Of a stretch of 64,000 nt of DNA, positions 44,301 through 58,166 are shown piece after piece. Source of the stretch: Eledone cirrhosa (lineage: Eukaryota). The stretch spans positions 18,228,001 to 18,292,000 of the forward strand of contig OZ024743.1 of assembly GCA_964016885.1 (NCBI GenBank). Direction: 5' to 3'. The notes below the pieces were generated by a model, which saw only the letters and a program-made list of their open reading frames with translations, had not been told where the DNA came from and did not search any database. The position numbers and the translations under genes are program-made. Numbering within the stretch: the first letter of the stretch is position 1; each line of letters starts with the position of its first letter.

Positions 44301-44560
44301 TAGTTCTTCTATGATTTCCTTTGTCACAGAATTACCAATCATCATTTGTTTTCTATTTTAGATTGTATTTGGGAGTTTTTGAAGTGGTTCTCTACTATTT
44401 ATACTAGAATGTCCTACTATTGCAAGCTCATTCAGTATTTTTTGCTTTAATTCCTTCATAGTCTCCCTGTGTTCTTCAGCAGATGTTTGGTTTTCAATTA
44501 CTGTTTCTAAGTCCCTCTACTGGCTATTTTCAGCGGGTTCAATAGGGCTTCCCATTACTA
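41362..44560 (-). mobile_element. R4/Dong-type non-LTR retrotransposon (RT plus restriction-like endonuclease), decayed
   Basis: KGCRRGSYGCKDQL, WIDY..AFDSIPH, GIFQGDSLSPLLFC, GMEFGLDKC-like, LYLPR.EGGRGL, CRFC, RHD, NRPDI, E...P, K..KY motifs in fragmented ORFs. Confidence 0.92.
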
Positions 44561-44611
44561 CAAACCTATTTTATTATTATTTCTACAAACCTATTATCAT
44601 TATTATTATTC

Positions 44612-45008
44612 TTTGCCTTCCATCCTTAGGGGGTCGATAAAAAAAAGTACCAGTAATGCACTGGGTATTTTTGCTGGCCTTGTGCCTAAAGTATAAACAA
44701 TTATTATTATTCTTTGCTTTTCATCCTTACGGGGACGATAACATAAAGTACCAGTAATGCACTGGATAATTGCTGGCCCTGTGCCAAAAGAAGAAACAAT
44801 TATTATTCTTATAAATAGGGGAAGGGATTTGGCAGTATCGGTAGAGGGTCGGACACCATGCTATCCAACATAGTTACGTCCCTTTATTGTCTGAGTTCAA
44901 ATCCTGCCAAGGTTAACTTTGCCTTTCATCCTTACGGGGTCGATAAAATAAAGTAGCAGTAATGCACTGGGTTATTGCTGGGCTTGTGCCAAAAGTAGAA
45001 ACAATTAT
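44612..45008 (+). mobile_element. Head-to-tail SINE cluster: two 3'-half copies and one near-full copy
   Basis: Copies at 44612-44705, 44713-44805 and 44825-45008, separated by (ATT)n. Confidence 0.88.
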
Positions 45009-45049
45009 TTTTATTATTAATTTTTTTCCGTTTACTTTGCTTTATGTTC

Positions 45050-45690
45050 ATACGAATTATCACCATATCACAACCAATGACCTCAAGGGATAACAAGATC
45101 CACGATGTTCAATAAAGAACACATACACACACATATGTATCTCTAGGTGTCTAGACTTGACATGTATTTATATTGATAGAATCTTCCTTAGTATATGGAC
45201 AATTCCCAGCAGTACTATCTTTTGTATTACTTCTATACGCGGGTTTCCTGGTATTTGGGATAAGTAATCATTAGACCCCTTAGGTTTCATTCCTAGAACA
45301 CCTACAACCACTGGTATTGTTTTAGTTCTCAACTTCCATATTTTCCCAATCTCTGTATCCATGTCTTTATATTGTTCAATTTTTCAAATGTTTTATAGAT
45401 ACATTCTTATCTATAGGAACGAACATGCCAATTAGCAGACATGCCGTCTTTTTAAAGACCTTCAGTAATGTATCAGGTCTATCTGCATCTATTTTTCGGT
45501 CTGTTTAGCTGCTAAAGTTTCACAAAATTGAGATGTGACCTTCTTCACGTACAGGAGGTTGGTGATGCTCCCACGAATTCTTTTGATGGGGCAGGTCAAA
45601 TTTCTTACACAAAATGTATCATGCTTTTAACACCGAAAGGCTATCTATAGCGCGGACAAATGGCTCTCGAATTCACCTGCAAACTAGGGA
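45050..45690 (-). mobile_element. 3' fragment of a second R4/Dong-type family
   Basis: RPD...EIGKIWKLRTKTIPVVVGVLG...IQKIVLLG..HILRK. Confidence 0.8.
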
Positions 45691-45704
45691 TGGTTGTGGA
45701 GTTT

Positions 45705-45778
<74 letters not shown>

Positions 45779-46364
45779 ATTAACCTGTTAATGATACTAT
45801 TGACAGATTAATTGCATAAGTATATTTTAAAATATACCCGGTTGAGTGCTTATTTAATTTGTGCTATGTATGCAATTTTTTGCATGATTTACACATACTG
45901 AATTTATTTGCCAAATTCTGGGGTTTTCAAAGTGCTTTTACAAAACACTACGTCATTCACAACACTGTCGCAGAACAAAATACCTGTTGATAACGTGATA
46001 TTCCTTGTTCGATCATTATACCAAAAGTTTATAGTTTTAAGCAGACAGTATTATTGATTTAGGTGTCATAGAAACCCTATATTTTGATTTTACCTTCAAT
46101 TCAAAAGAGTTGGTTATATATATGTGTATATGTATGTATATATATATGTATAATTTTATTATTTATTTTTTCTGATCTGTTTAGCTTGACTTGTTTTTTG
46201 GGTTAGGTGGTTAATGCCATCTTGACTGCCATTTCAGTTTGTATGGCGTTTATAACATATGTTTATAGCTCTGGTTGTTTTTAAACTATTGAGCGCTTGC
46301 CAACATGACTCTGAATATTCGCTACGTTTCGCTTTTTCTACCTGCAAAATGCGATTCTCGCAGA

Positions 46365-46426
<62 letters not shown>

Positions 46427-46427
<1 letters not shown>

Positions 46428-46612
46428 GAAAATATTTAACCCCGACGGCAAAGCTCAAGCCGTTTCGACGGCTATTTCTGGAATAGCCGTCGAAACGTCC
46501 TGAGCTCTGGCGTCGGGGTTAAATATTTTCCTATTACCCACTCTACTATCCTAAGTATTGAGTACACTGGTGCGTTACGGTCCATCCGGTTCCTTACCAC
46601 ACTTCCTTCGTT
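46427..46612. repeat. Family B hairpin (~50-bp arms) with a one-sided extension
   Basis: ggaaaatatttaaccccgacg...cgtttcgacggctatt / aatagccgtcgaaacg...cgtcggggttaaatattttcc; (TA)n on both sides. Confidence 0.85.
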
Positions 46613-46751
46613 ATATATATATATACACATAGGTTTGTTTGTGTAATTGAATATGTACATCTGCGTGCATCATTGTGTTTATGTGTGTGTAGGTAGAAAA
46701 AGACTGAGCTCTGTACTATAGCAAATCAACTGAGGCCGAACATGAAATAAA

Positions 46752-46915
46752 TGTTTCTACTTTTGGCACAAGGCCAGAAATTACCGAGTGCATTACTGGT
46801 ACTTTATTTTATCGACCGCGTAAGGATGAAAGTCAATGTTAACCTCGGCGGGATTTGTACTGAGAATGGCTAGGGCCGTAACTCTATGCGTCAAAGCATG
46901 TCGTCTGACCCTGGC
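46752..46915 (-). mobile_element. Diverged tRNA-derived SINE
   Basis: Core and tail of the same SINE family. Confidence 0.8.
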
Positions 46916-46999
46916 CGAAAATGATATAATGATGATAGCTGAGAAAATATTTCTGAACACAAATTTAATCTCACACATATATTGTGATGTGCTGAAAAA

Positions 47000-47950
47000 T
47001 GCATCGATTAATTTAGAATCGCCAACGCGAAATCACTTCTCCACCCGACCTAATTATTTTTGCATTACATCACTCACATATTCTCTACCTATAGGAGGCC
47101 CCTCTCAATCTTCGTTATAGGTTTCTCTATAATACCCCACACACATTCCTGTGCGAGTTTCGAAACTGCTCTGATGTTAAGCGTTTCTAACGTCACAAAC
47201 TACAAGTCTTCTGCGAAATCTTTACAAATTTGCACATCAACCGAGACTTTGGCTCCGATTCGTATCGTCAACCACCCCACTAAACGCCGTATCCTACAAA
47301 AGCAGTGAGTAGTTGCAGCAACTCAATTTCAAATGGATCGAGTTCGCAGCAATCTCCAAAGCTCGACACAGCTGTGACGTCGTCATGGACAGTCTAACGA
47401 CGGTGGTCATTTGGTTGAGGGTAACACCAATTGCAAAGAATTCGATTTTCTTTGTTAGTAAACTCTGAGCCGATTCCTGCCACGAAACGATTATGTCCGC
47501 CAACAACAGCAAATTATTCTTTTTCTCCTGTTCTCGTACTTCGAACATTGGCCTCTGCACATCCCACATTCTCTCCATTTATTTTCTCTCTAAGTTTGTA
47601 AAACCTTTACAACTCTAGTCACCAAATAATTGTTACATGCAACTAATCTCTAAATAGATTGAACTTGTCTATTCAACGTAACCAACTAATTAGCTTCTCG
47701 CTGTCATGTTACCATCGAAAAACTCCGTGTATTAAAACCAGACAAACACTAGCACTTACCATAATTTTTCATCATGAACATAGAATCTCTAAACGCCATT
47801 ACCCGAACAACGTCATGCTCTTTGCTCTTAAGACACTGTCCCAACGGTTTCCAAATTAGAACATTAATTCTCCTCAAACAAGATTGCTTCGATTCCTTTG
47901 TATAATTTCTGAATTTTCTATTTGCTCTATAGAATTCAGCATCTCCAGTA
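47000..47950 (-). mobile_element. Old decayed LINE RT relic (RTE-like)
   Basis: Faint DFAEDL (FADD-like) trace and scattered similarity to 4262-5100; no ORF. Confidence 0.35.
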
Positions 47951-48230
47951 AATGTCCAAACGCAAAATTAATGTAGGCTCAAAACTACATTCATTTTAGT
48001 AACGGTATAGATCATTTCACTCACGAAATATTAATGAATCTTGACACTGAGCCCTGGCATTCACAACACTAACTAAGCTATATGTTACGTATTTGCAGAG
48101 CGAAAGAGAGAAACAGTTTTCCATTTCCATAACGAAATATATTTTGTTCTTTTTAATCCTGAGGCTTGCATGAGTATATTCTATTTAAATATAAATAATA
48201 TACTGTATTATACGCATACAATACATGTAT

Positions 48231-48658
<428 letters not shown>

Positions 48659-48667
48659 TATATATAT

Positions 48668-48783
<116 letters not shown>

Positions 48784-48829
48784 ATACATATATACATTTA
48801 TATATATATACATATATATATATACATAA

Positions 48830-48870
<41 letters not shown>

Positions 48871-48873
48871 TTC

Positions 48874-48904
<31 letters not shown>

Positions 48905-48906
48905 TT

Positions 48907-48957
<51 letters not shown>

Positions 48958-51433
48958 TATGGTGGAGGCAGGTAGAGGTGGGCTAGATTTTGTTGTGCGT
49001 GTATCCGTATAATTGAATGTCATTTGTACCTTTCTGTTGACATGAGAAATTTGCTACTGGATTCTGTTTTGCGAATATGAGATTATCTTGGCATTTTACA
49101 GAAAAGAACCAATGACATAACTCCTACAAATATATGCTTGTGTCATTTTTATGCTATTTATGCATGAGTTAATTGGGTTATACATTGAATTCATGTGTAT
49201 ATAATTTAACAGGCTGTAGTCTTGTTGCTTAGACATTCATAAGAAATAATTATTTATTGTTTAATGGATGATATATATTCACACGGAAACTACCCAAAGA
49301 ATATTTGCAGGAAATTTAAATAAACAATATATATAAAGTTTTCATGATAATCTGTGTGTTATTTCTTTTTTCAATATTCAACAATAAAATAAAACTTGCA
49401 ACAAATGTTTGAAAATGCTACTCGTCAGTGAATTTTCCATCAAAGTGATGTTAAAATTGAATTTATGTAAATGCTTATTCAATCATAACATTTGCAAAAC
49501 GATCAAATAAGACGGAACATCTTAATGATTTGTTTATATAACTATATACACACTCGAAATGTACTGAAGTTTAAACAAATAAAAGAAATACATTACCTCA
49601 TTATAATACATTCCAATCTGTAATAATATGCATTTCTTTTTTGCCTTCACAATACTGCTTTAGATAGTAAACGACCATATTTAAGCTACAATTTTCAATT
49701 ATTTCAGAGGTAGATCTATTTTCCGCGTATCATTATCTAAGACGATTTCTTGATGATATGTCTATTATATCGTGAAGGAATAATTTCCCCCATTGAATTC
49801 TTTCCTGCATATATCAGGAGATGGTGAATGCACAATCAAAACATGTTGAAATAATTAAAATACCCTTGCTTATTATTGTGTTATTAAAAAAATTACGAAG
49901 CAATTACAAGTGAATTAAAATTAAATTATTTCAGAGATAAATAACAGTAGAACAACTCATTTACATCTAATAGAATCTATAATTTAATAAACTCGTTAAC
50001 AAAACTAGAGAGTCATACAGACTACAATGTTCTTTTTCATGTCACACTATATCGTTTAATATAATTCCAGTTATGCTTTCGCTTGACATGAAATATTACC
50101 ATTCATAGTAATATTTGGCAGACCTCAGAGTTCGATTATATCCTTAGCTACATACTGTTACTATTCAATTTTTTTAAAGTGTGGAATGGATATATCAAGG
50201 AGTACTCGGATATTTGGTAAGCTATATCGTGAAGGACATGCCAATAATATTTAGCTGATGTATTTTTTCTGTGACAACATACCAAAACCCAAAAGAATTG
50301 CAGCAATAAACAACCAGAAGTCCAAACATTATGCAAAGGGCTTTTTTCTTATTTAATATATGAGGGTGAATTTAGGTGTGATGTGATAGTTAATTTTATT
50401 AGTTAAACCAAGGAGCTAAGGTGTAATTCTTTGCTTCACTTCTGGTGTCTCAATATATGACTAATATATTATCAATTTTGTGTATTCGTATGTGACTAAA
50501 ACACTCTACGTTTTAAAAAGAAGTTATATTATTTCAAGTAAAATATATCCAAGCAAATTATATTTTTCTCACGGCAAATCATCATTTATTCTAGTTCAAT
50601 AACTTCTTTAGCCGTATGTCAGGTGCTTATGCTTGGGTTTCTTTTCTCTGAATAGTTTGATACATCTCCTCAAGAAATAGGTTGACATATGATAATACTT
50701 GCATATCATATTATTTCTTGGACAATCCACTAATTTAGTCCATTTAATTGGCTGATAATTACCTCCATTTATTAAAATGTTAGCTAGAATTAATTTACCC
50801 TATAACATGACATTTCTAGGAGAACTGAAACCTAATTAATGCTGATCAATATTGATGCAGTCTGAAGCATAGTTATGCCGCTGATGTGCCTACTAGATAT
50901 CAAATCGGCTCTGCAATTGTTTGCCGTTTCTATTTCAAAATATAGCTGGTACATAATGATTACATCATTTCATGAATATTTTACGTTACTTCCTGCATAT
51001 ATAGATCATCAAGCTTACAATGCTGATATAGCATTTATATATCTTTCAAATGCTACTACATGTTAAAAGAAAAACAAACATAAGCCTTAGACATCATCGT
51101 CTGAGATACAATTACATGAAACACTTTTGATCGTAGTTTCTTTATGTTGGGCTGAACCGTGGATAAAGATAACTATCGAAAACGGATTCAGCTACTGATA
51201 CTTTATTATAATATCTTTTTGTACAATCTTTTAAGGATTGCGAAGAATGGTCTATTTCAAAGAATCGACAAATATATATATTATCAAAGTCTAAAATCTA
51301 TACACTATTAAGTTTGCAGAGCATGTGGTTAACATCAATGAGGCAATATATTTTAACTTAAAAATTCGTTTACCTTGTAGTCTGCTTCATTTTAATGAAA
51401 GCTTTTGCGGAAAGGCAAACCGAAATGTAACTG

Positions 51434-52156
51434 TTTCTTATATATTTGGCTACGTGTATTATTGAACGTTACTTATATATTTGGCTACGTGTATTATTGA
51501 ACGTTTCTTATATATTTGGCTACGTGTATTATTGAACGTTTCTTATATATTTAGCTACGTGTATTATTGAACGTTACTTATATATTTGGCTACGTGTATT
51601 ATTGAACGTTTCTTATATATTTAGCTACGTGTATTATTGAACGTTACTTATATATTTGGCTACGTGTATTATTGAACGTTTCTTATATATTTGGCTACGT
51701 GTATTATTGAACGTTTCTTATATATTTAGCTACGTGTATTATTGAACGTTACTTATATATTTGGCTACGTGTATTATTGAACGTTTCTTATATATTTAGC
51801 TACGTGTATTATTGAACGTTACTTATATATTTGGCTACGTGTATTATTGAACGTTTCTTATATATTTAGCTACGTGTATTATTGAACGTTTCTTATATAT
51901 TTGGCTACGTGTATTATTGAACGTTTCTTATATATTTAGCTACGTGTATTATTGAACGTTACTTATATATTTGGCTACGTGTATTATTGAACGTTTCTTA
52001 TATATTTAGCTACGTGTATTATTGAACGTTACTTATATATTTGGCTACGTGTATTATTGAACGTTTCTTATATATTTAGCTACGTGTATTATTGAACGTT
52101 ACTTATATATTTGGCTACGTGTATTATTGAACGTTTCTTATATATTTGGCTACGTT
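51434..52156. repeat. 35-bp minisatellite, about 20 copies, largely alternating two variants
   Basis: Unit tt(t/a)cttatatattt(g/a)gctacgtgtattattgaacg. Confidence 0.97.
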
Positions 52157-52633
52157 ACTTATCATAATATTTTTTTATTGAACGTGCCTAGTGTATATTC
52201 ATCTAAATTGGTTGTCAAATGAATGCGTCTTGAATATAGAATTTCTCCTCGTATATTCGATGTTCTCTGCGAATAGTTATTTCGTAATTAATTATGTCAG
52301 CAAAGGTGCATACAATTCAATTTAGACTAGTTTTTCCAGGCTAGATCCTCACTGTTTTTGATATATCAACTGCTAAAAATATCCCTGAAGACGGAAACCT
52401 AAACGCAGTTTGCATGATTCGCATGGCCACGGCAGAAGGAATTATTTTTCTTCGTTCAAAAGACGAACAAAAAAAACAAAAACGTAGGAAGGTCCTTGTA
52501 CAAAATCTGCAGCTCTATCTACATTATTTTAACATTACCGCTGGCGAAATAGATGTATAAATAATACTGAAACTATTTGCTAATTCATATATATATATAT
52601 ATTTTGGATTTTAGTCTTCAAATTTATTATTAT

Positions 52634-52709
<76 letters not shown>

Positions 52710-52713
<4 letters not shown>

Positions 52714-53323
52714 ATAAATTATAAAATATAAATTAAAGCGTAAATAAATACCTCGATAACTATATAACACACGTACAAATCCAAATAGATCTGTTTCGCC
52801 AGAAAGTTGTTGACAGAAATGGAATAACCTCGGTTCCTCAGCGTGTGTAAGGCTATACGTTTCAGACACCACTAAGAGAATTTAACAGTCTTTTCTATCT
52901 CTCTGTTTGGTTGAGCACACTTCTCTGAGTGGTTTTGGGCTGCCCTTTCTAGCAGCTCGTCCCTCAGAGGCTCGTTTCTCACTGCCCTTAAACACGCTGT
53001 GACTTCTCTCTCCCACGTGTAGCTTGACAGTGACTTTTAAAATTATCTTAGTGTTGTCTGAAATGTATAGCCTTACACAAGCTGAGGAATCGAGGTTATT
53101 CCATTTCTGACAACAACTTTCTGGCGAAACAGATCTCTTTGGATTTGTACGTGTGTTATATAGTTATAGAGGTATTTATTTACGCTTTAATTCATATTTT
53201 TAATTATCGTGTCTATAGTCTGACTTTCATAGGTTATAGATTCCATCTGCTGGTGGTTTTTCCCTGTTTTATTGATAGCGCATTGTATATCTCTCTCTAG
53301 TATGTTACCTTTTCAACATATTG

Positions 53324-53325
<2 letters not shown>
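52710..53325. mobile_element. Non-coding foldback element with ~165-bp inverted arms in (TA)n
   Basis: 52710-52878 is the reverse complement of 53046-53210; the right side continues ~110 bp to the next (TA)n; CTGAGGA...GAAA-cagatct is hammerhead-like but unconvincing. Confidence 0.8.
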
Positions 53326-53394
<69 letters not shown>

Positions 53395-53592
53395 GAGAGA
53401 CAGTGTCAGTATTTTATTAAATATATGGATGGACATGGAGTTTGTATACTAATATACACTTCACAACGATTCAAACTATTTACTTAAAATATACTACACT
53501 ATAGTAGTCAGTGTCCGTCGATAAACCATGCCTTCTAGCAGATACACTTTATACGACGTTTCAAATTTTTATTCATAACTATCGGGTATATT

Positions 53593-53760
53593 TATCCCGG
53601 GTTCAATCGGGGGTAACCACGGTAAGTAAGGTACTCAATACAGAGCAGAGTATAAATATTTAATATAGAAATGTCTTCTACAGCATTAGAACTGGTTCAT
53701 TCGTGGGTTTCTGATGATTTCTTCCGAATGAAACAGTTCTACTCCTGTAGAAGCCATTTA
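53593..53760. mobile_element. Family A solo-pLTR hairpin with a plus-strand hammerhead at 53705-53755
   Basis: ttt-CTGATGA-T-ttc-ttcc-gaa-T-GAAA-cag-ttctactc-ctg-TA-gaa; the left part is an inverted copy with the extension. Confidence 0.8.
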
Positions 53761-54469
53761 TATATATATATATATATATATTGTTATATTTGGGGAGGGT
53801 CATATTTGCGTAATATTGCCAGAATTAATAACAGAACACACTCACTGTTTGGTTGGTTTTCGCTTCTCGCTGTCTTTTATATATATATATCTGCGATCTA
53901 ACTTACTCGGTCCTCAATGTTGCCATTGACTGACCGGCGGTCAAAAATAATACAGATACAATATAGACAAACACATATATATATAGTTTACATAAATCTT
54001 TCGTTGCACATCTGCAACATCGTCAGTGGTGTTATATTCATTGTTCCTCCTGTTGTGTTGTATGTCTACGCCATTTTTATATATATATATACATCAGAAA
54101 CATGATTTCGCTTTAGCCGAAAGTGTGAATAGTAGGACATGCTCATTACTGCAGCAAAGGATGGAATCTCGTATAATATCTTGTTTGCATTTTTTTTGAA
54201 TTCATACAACTTTCATTGTTTTCATTTCTTTTTCACTCAGTTTCTAGATTGTCAATATATTTAGGATTAGATAATGTTGATATTAACATAGGTTATCTAA
54301 TAGCTAATGAAATCGTAGTCTAATCATTAGACACAGTAACGTTTACTTTCCAATGTGTCGTACTTATATTACTCTCCTTTAATAAAAACGATCCATGTAG
54401 GTGATTATCTAATAGTCTATATATATATATATTTATATATAGTGGTAGAATACTGGAAGGTAATATCCG

Positions 54470-54623
54470 TGGTGGTAGAGCACTCAGTCCATGGGACGAG
54501 TTAGGTAGAAGTGGTTACACAACAGTTAGTTCCGTGTAACCATGTCCATTATGAACTGAGGATCCGTAAAGGTGAAACGATTGTTCTCGGTATGATGAAC
54601 TAACTGTTGTGTAACCACTTCTA
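54470..54623. mobile_element. Second family F hairpin element, hammerhead core at 54556-54590
   Basis: CTGAGGA-T-cc-gtaaa-gg-T-GAAA-cgattg-TT-ctcgg; agaagtggttacacaacagttagttc is inverted at the two ends. Confidence 0.75.
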
Positions 54624-54812
54624 TATATATATATAATACCATCACATCAAATGGATTCCTAATGGTTCCTTTACAACATAATACAGGCATTGTAAGCCTG
54701 GTAGTGATATAACCACTTCTGCTTGGTCAACAGCCATTTACATCAGCGTGAGATATAGATAATGAAGTAGAGAAAACGAAAGATTGAATTCAAGAAAGAT
54801 AGAAAGAGGAAA

Positions 54813-54858
54813 AGAAGAAGACGAAGAAGAAGAAGAAGAAGAAGAAGAAGAAGAAGAA

Positions 54859-54889
<31 letters not shown>

Positions 54890-54952
54890 AAGAAGAAGAA
54901 GAAGAAGAAGAAGAAGAAGAAGAAGAAGAAGAAGAAGAAGAAGAAGAAGAAG
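54813..54952. repeat. (GAA)n tract
   Basis: Directly visible. Confidence 0.97.
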
Positions 54953-55226
54953 GTGGAGGAGGAGGAGACTATGTGTATTCGAACCCCTTGCCATATATAT
55001 ATATATACATATATATATACACACGGCAAGAGGTTTCGAATATATATATATATATATGACACTATGTGTATATGTGTTTGTATGCCTGTGTATTAAACTA
55101 TAGGCAATTATTTCTTCATTGAAACTGCCACCTTATTGAATGGTATTCAAAATGTATATGGGCTTACATTTTGTGTACCTTCTCATTTACAAAATACTCA
55201 GCTTACTTTTGTGTATTAACATTTAG

Positions 55227-55404
55227 GAGAGGCTAGAAGAGGTACTAAAAGAGAAGGAGCCGAGAGAAATTGTAATCGTTCCATTAGGAAAGATTCCTAT
55301 GGATCTATTTTGTATGAAGCCATTTCAACTCAGGAAACTAGAAATAACTTTGTATGATGTTATTGCATACTCTAACTCTGTATATATGTTTGAATTTTGG
55401 CAAG
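55227..55404 (+). other. Candidate host coding exon in unique sequence
   Basis: Preceded by ttttgtgtattaacatttAG. One frame is open for 59 codons to caag|GT; another ends ...ISTQETRNNFV* at 55357. Protein not recognised. Confidence 0.3.
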
Positions 55405-56111
55405 GTGCCTAAAAATTAAATCAATGTTAGTTTTAACAGAGTTCAAAATGTTATCATCAGTTTTCATTTTGTTCGCTTTGATTATACATCCCTTCTATTT
55501 ACGTTGCATTTCTCTTCACAAACCTTCGACCCGGAGGTCATTACAATTTACTTTTCTCTTCTGTTTACGTACTGGTGAAATTATTCACCATGTGATTCAA
55601 ACATATGATTACCGTATTAGACGCATCCTCGTATGCAATACATTGCTACTTTTGCACGCATTTGATACAAATGTGCTTTCTTTCTTTAATTTAAAAACGT
55701 TTATGATGAGTATTCATGTGTTATATTATTATGTATGAAATACTGGAATGCATTTGCCAGAATTATCATATGTAGAATCATAGGTCCCTTTCGTATAATT
55801 AAAATCACTTTCTAACGATTAACGTAGTGTGACAGTACACACGCAAACAGGTATTATATACACACACACATACACACACACACACATACACACCGACACT
55901 CATAAACAGATGCTTACGCACGTGCTGAAGTATAGCTCTTTTCACAAAACGTATTTTTTTTCATTTAAGGTAGACGCGATCCTTTATCCACTTTTCTAAA
56001 AAAACAAATCATACACAAAATGTCAACATGAATGGACCTGATATTTTTATCTAAAGACATTTTTAACAATTAATTCCCGCCGATCCCCTCAATCTATTTT
56101 ATTTCTCATTC

Positions 56112-56150
56112 TATCTTCTGATGAAGGACTAGCGTCCAAAACATAAATAC
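56112..56150 (+). other. Degenerate hammerhead remnant of another repeat family
   Basis: CTGATGA-a-ggac-tagc-gtcc-AAAA (GAAA mutated). Confidence 0.4.
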
Positions 56151-56270
56151 TCTCTTCCTGCTATAACAAGCGTTAACCTAAGATATACCTTCCATTTACT
56201 GTACCGATTGTGTTGTTATATATGTTTACCTTTTACACACACACACACGCACGCGGGCACAACACTCACG

Positions 56271-56386
<116 letters not shown>

Positions 56387-57069
56387 TATAAGAGAGTATT
56401 GAAGTTTGCTTGAAGCATTGTGGAATAATAAATAAATATATTTAAGTCGTTTGGAAGCCTCGACAATGCAAATGGGTAAATCTCGGGGTAACAAGATACT
56501 GTGGTGGAGAGAGAGATGTAAGTGGGTGTACGTTGAGATGCGTGGTGTGTAAAGATGTGTAAATGTGTAGAAGAAAGAAGGGAAGAGTATAAAGGATAAA
56601 ATAAAAATAACAACACAAGAGAGAGTTACCTTGGGAGAGATTTAATAGTCCGTATATATTTCGGATTCACATCCATCAACTGGGTTTTTTTTCCAGGGTA
56701 AAGGTTGTCTGTCGGACAGGTGCGAAACGCGTTCTCCGCTGTTTGTTGTTTTGAATACCTAAGTTATTCGGCAGAGCGCGCGTGCGCGTAAAATGGGGTC
56801 GGTCGGGCAGAGGTGAGCGGCCGAATGAGGGAGTGGGGTGGCGCTAGCTGTCAGTCCATTCTCTGCCTGTTTGTTAAATGTTACTGTGTGTGAGTGTGCG
56901 TGTGTTGTTGTCTCGCTTGAGTGTGTGTGTGTGTGCGTGTGTAGTTGCCTTGTTCCTCTGTATTGGCAGTGTAGTATGTTGGTATGGTGGAATGGTACTG
57001 CGTGTGTGTGTGTGTGTAGTTGTCTCGTTTGTTTGTGCGTGTGTTGTGTGTTGCTACATCGTTTGTTAA

Positions 57070-58165
57070 CTTAAACCAGCCATCTCATTTCGCTTCTCTC
57101 TAATCGGTTGTTTATTTGCGGTTGCAGGCGTTTGATAAAAAGTGCTTCCTTGATACGTAACGTGCGACGTTTCTTTCAGTCGCTAGAATTGTGACAATGG
57201 GCCTTCCGTCTTTATTTCCGCATTTGTCTATGTGTTTCCAGAAAGACGAGCCCCTGGTTTTAGTGTGTTCCTTGATCCGGATATGCAAAGGTCGGATTGT
57301 GCTACCTATGTAGTATTGGTTGCAGCTGTCACATTCTATCTTATACACGACGTATGTGCGTAGGCAGCAGTTCGCATGGCGTATCGGGCAGTCTCTGAGG
57401 GAGCATTCGTCAGTAGATTTCCCGGGTTTCTTGGAGAGGGATCTTCGCAGGGAGGGGCCCGAGTGGGCCAGGTGGATGTCGAGGCCCTCCCTCCGTATAG
57501 TCTTGCGGATAGCATTGGTGGTATTCTCGCCCAGATGTGGAATTTTAAGGAAGCACTTGCCTTGGGTGCCTCTCTGTCTCTTGTGTCTGGTGTCTCCTAT
57601 TCTGTCTGTGATCGAGGTAGGGTACCCGTTCGTCTCCAGCACCTCGAGGAATCGCTTGGTATGTGTGACACCACTCGCGGGATCGCTGCATCTGTTTTTG
57701 ATTCGCGCGATCTCGTTCGTGATGTATCCTCTTTTGGCACTGTATGGGAGGGCGGACTTGTAGGGAACGAACAGGTCCCTGCAGGCTGCTTTTCGGTAGA
57801 AGTTGCAGTGGATCCTTCCCTGTTCCGTGATGTTGATTCGGAAGTCGAGGAGGGCAAGTGACCCGTCTGCGTTGGGGTGTTCAACATTGAAGACAATATT
57901 CTCGTCCGTGTTGTTGAACGTCTCATATATTCTGTTCGCCGTGTCTTGGGAAGATGTGAGGATGAGGATATCGTCCACGTACCTTGAGAAAAAGGCTACG
58001 GCGTTGGGGTGGCAGGCGTTGAGTGCCTTGCGTTCGAGGTTGTCCATGTAAGAGATCGCTAGCAGACCTGATAGGCTTGATCCCATGGGCAATCCCGAGG
58101 TTTGTTGGTATGTTTGGTCAAGGAATCCGAAGTAGGTGTTGTCGACGACGATGGATAGGAGTTGG
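57070..58165 (-). pseudogene. PLE RT (partial) plus GIY-YIG, frameshifted near the C-terminus
   Basis: MGSSLSG, RYVDD, LLD, VVYKIEC..C..YYIGST.R.L..RIKEH. Confidence 0.9.
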
Positions 58166-58166
58166 A

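Noticed and set aside
52385-52412. CTGAAGA-c-gg-aaa-cc-TAAA hammerhead-like string
   Set aside because: GAAA is absent and stems I and III do not pair; it could be chance.
55209-55408. Minus-strand exon suggested by strong acceptor and donor motifs
   Set aside because: All three minus frames contain stops.
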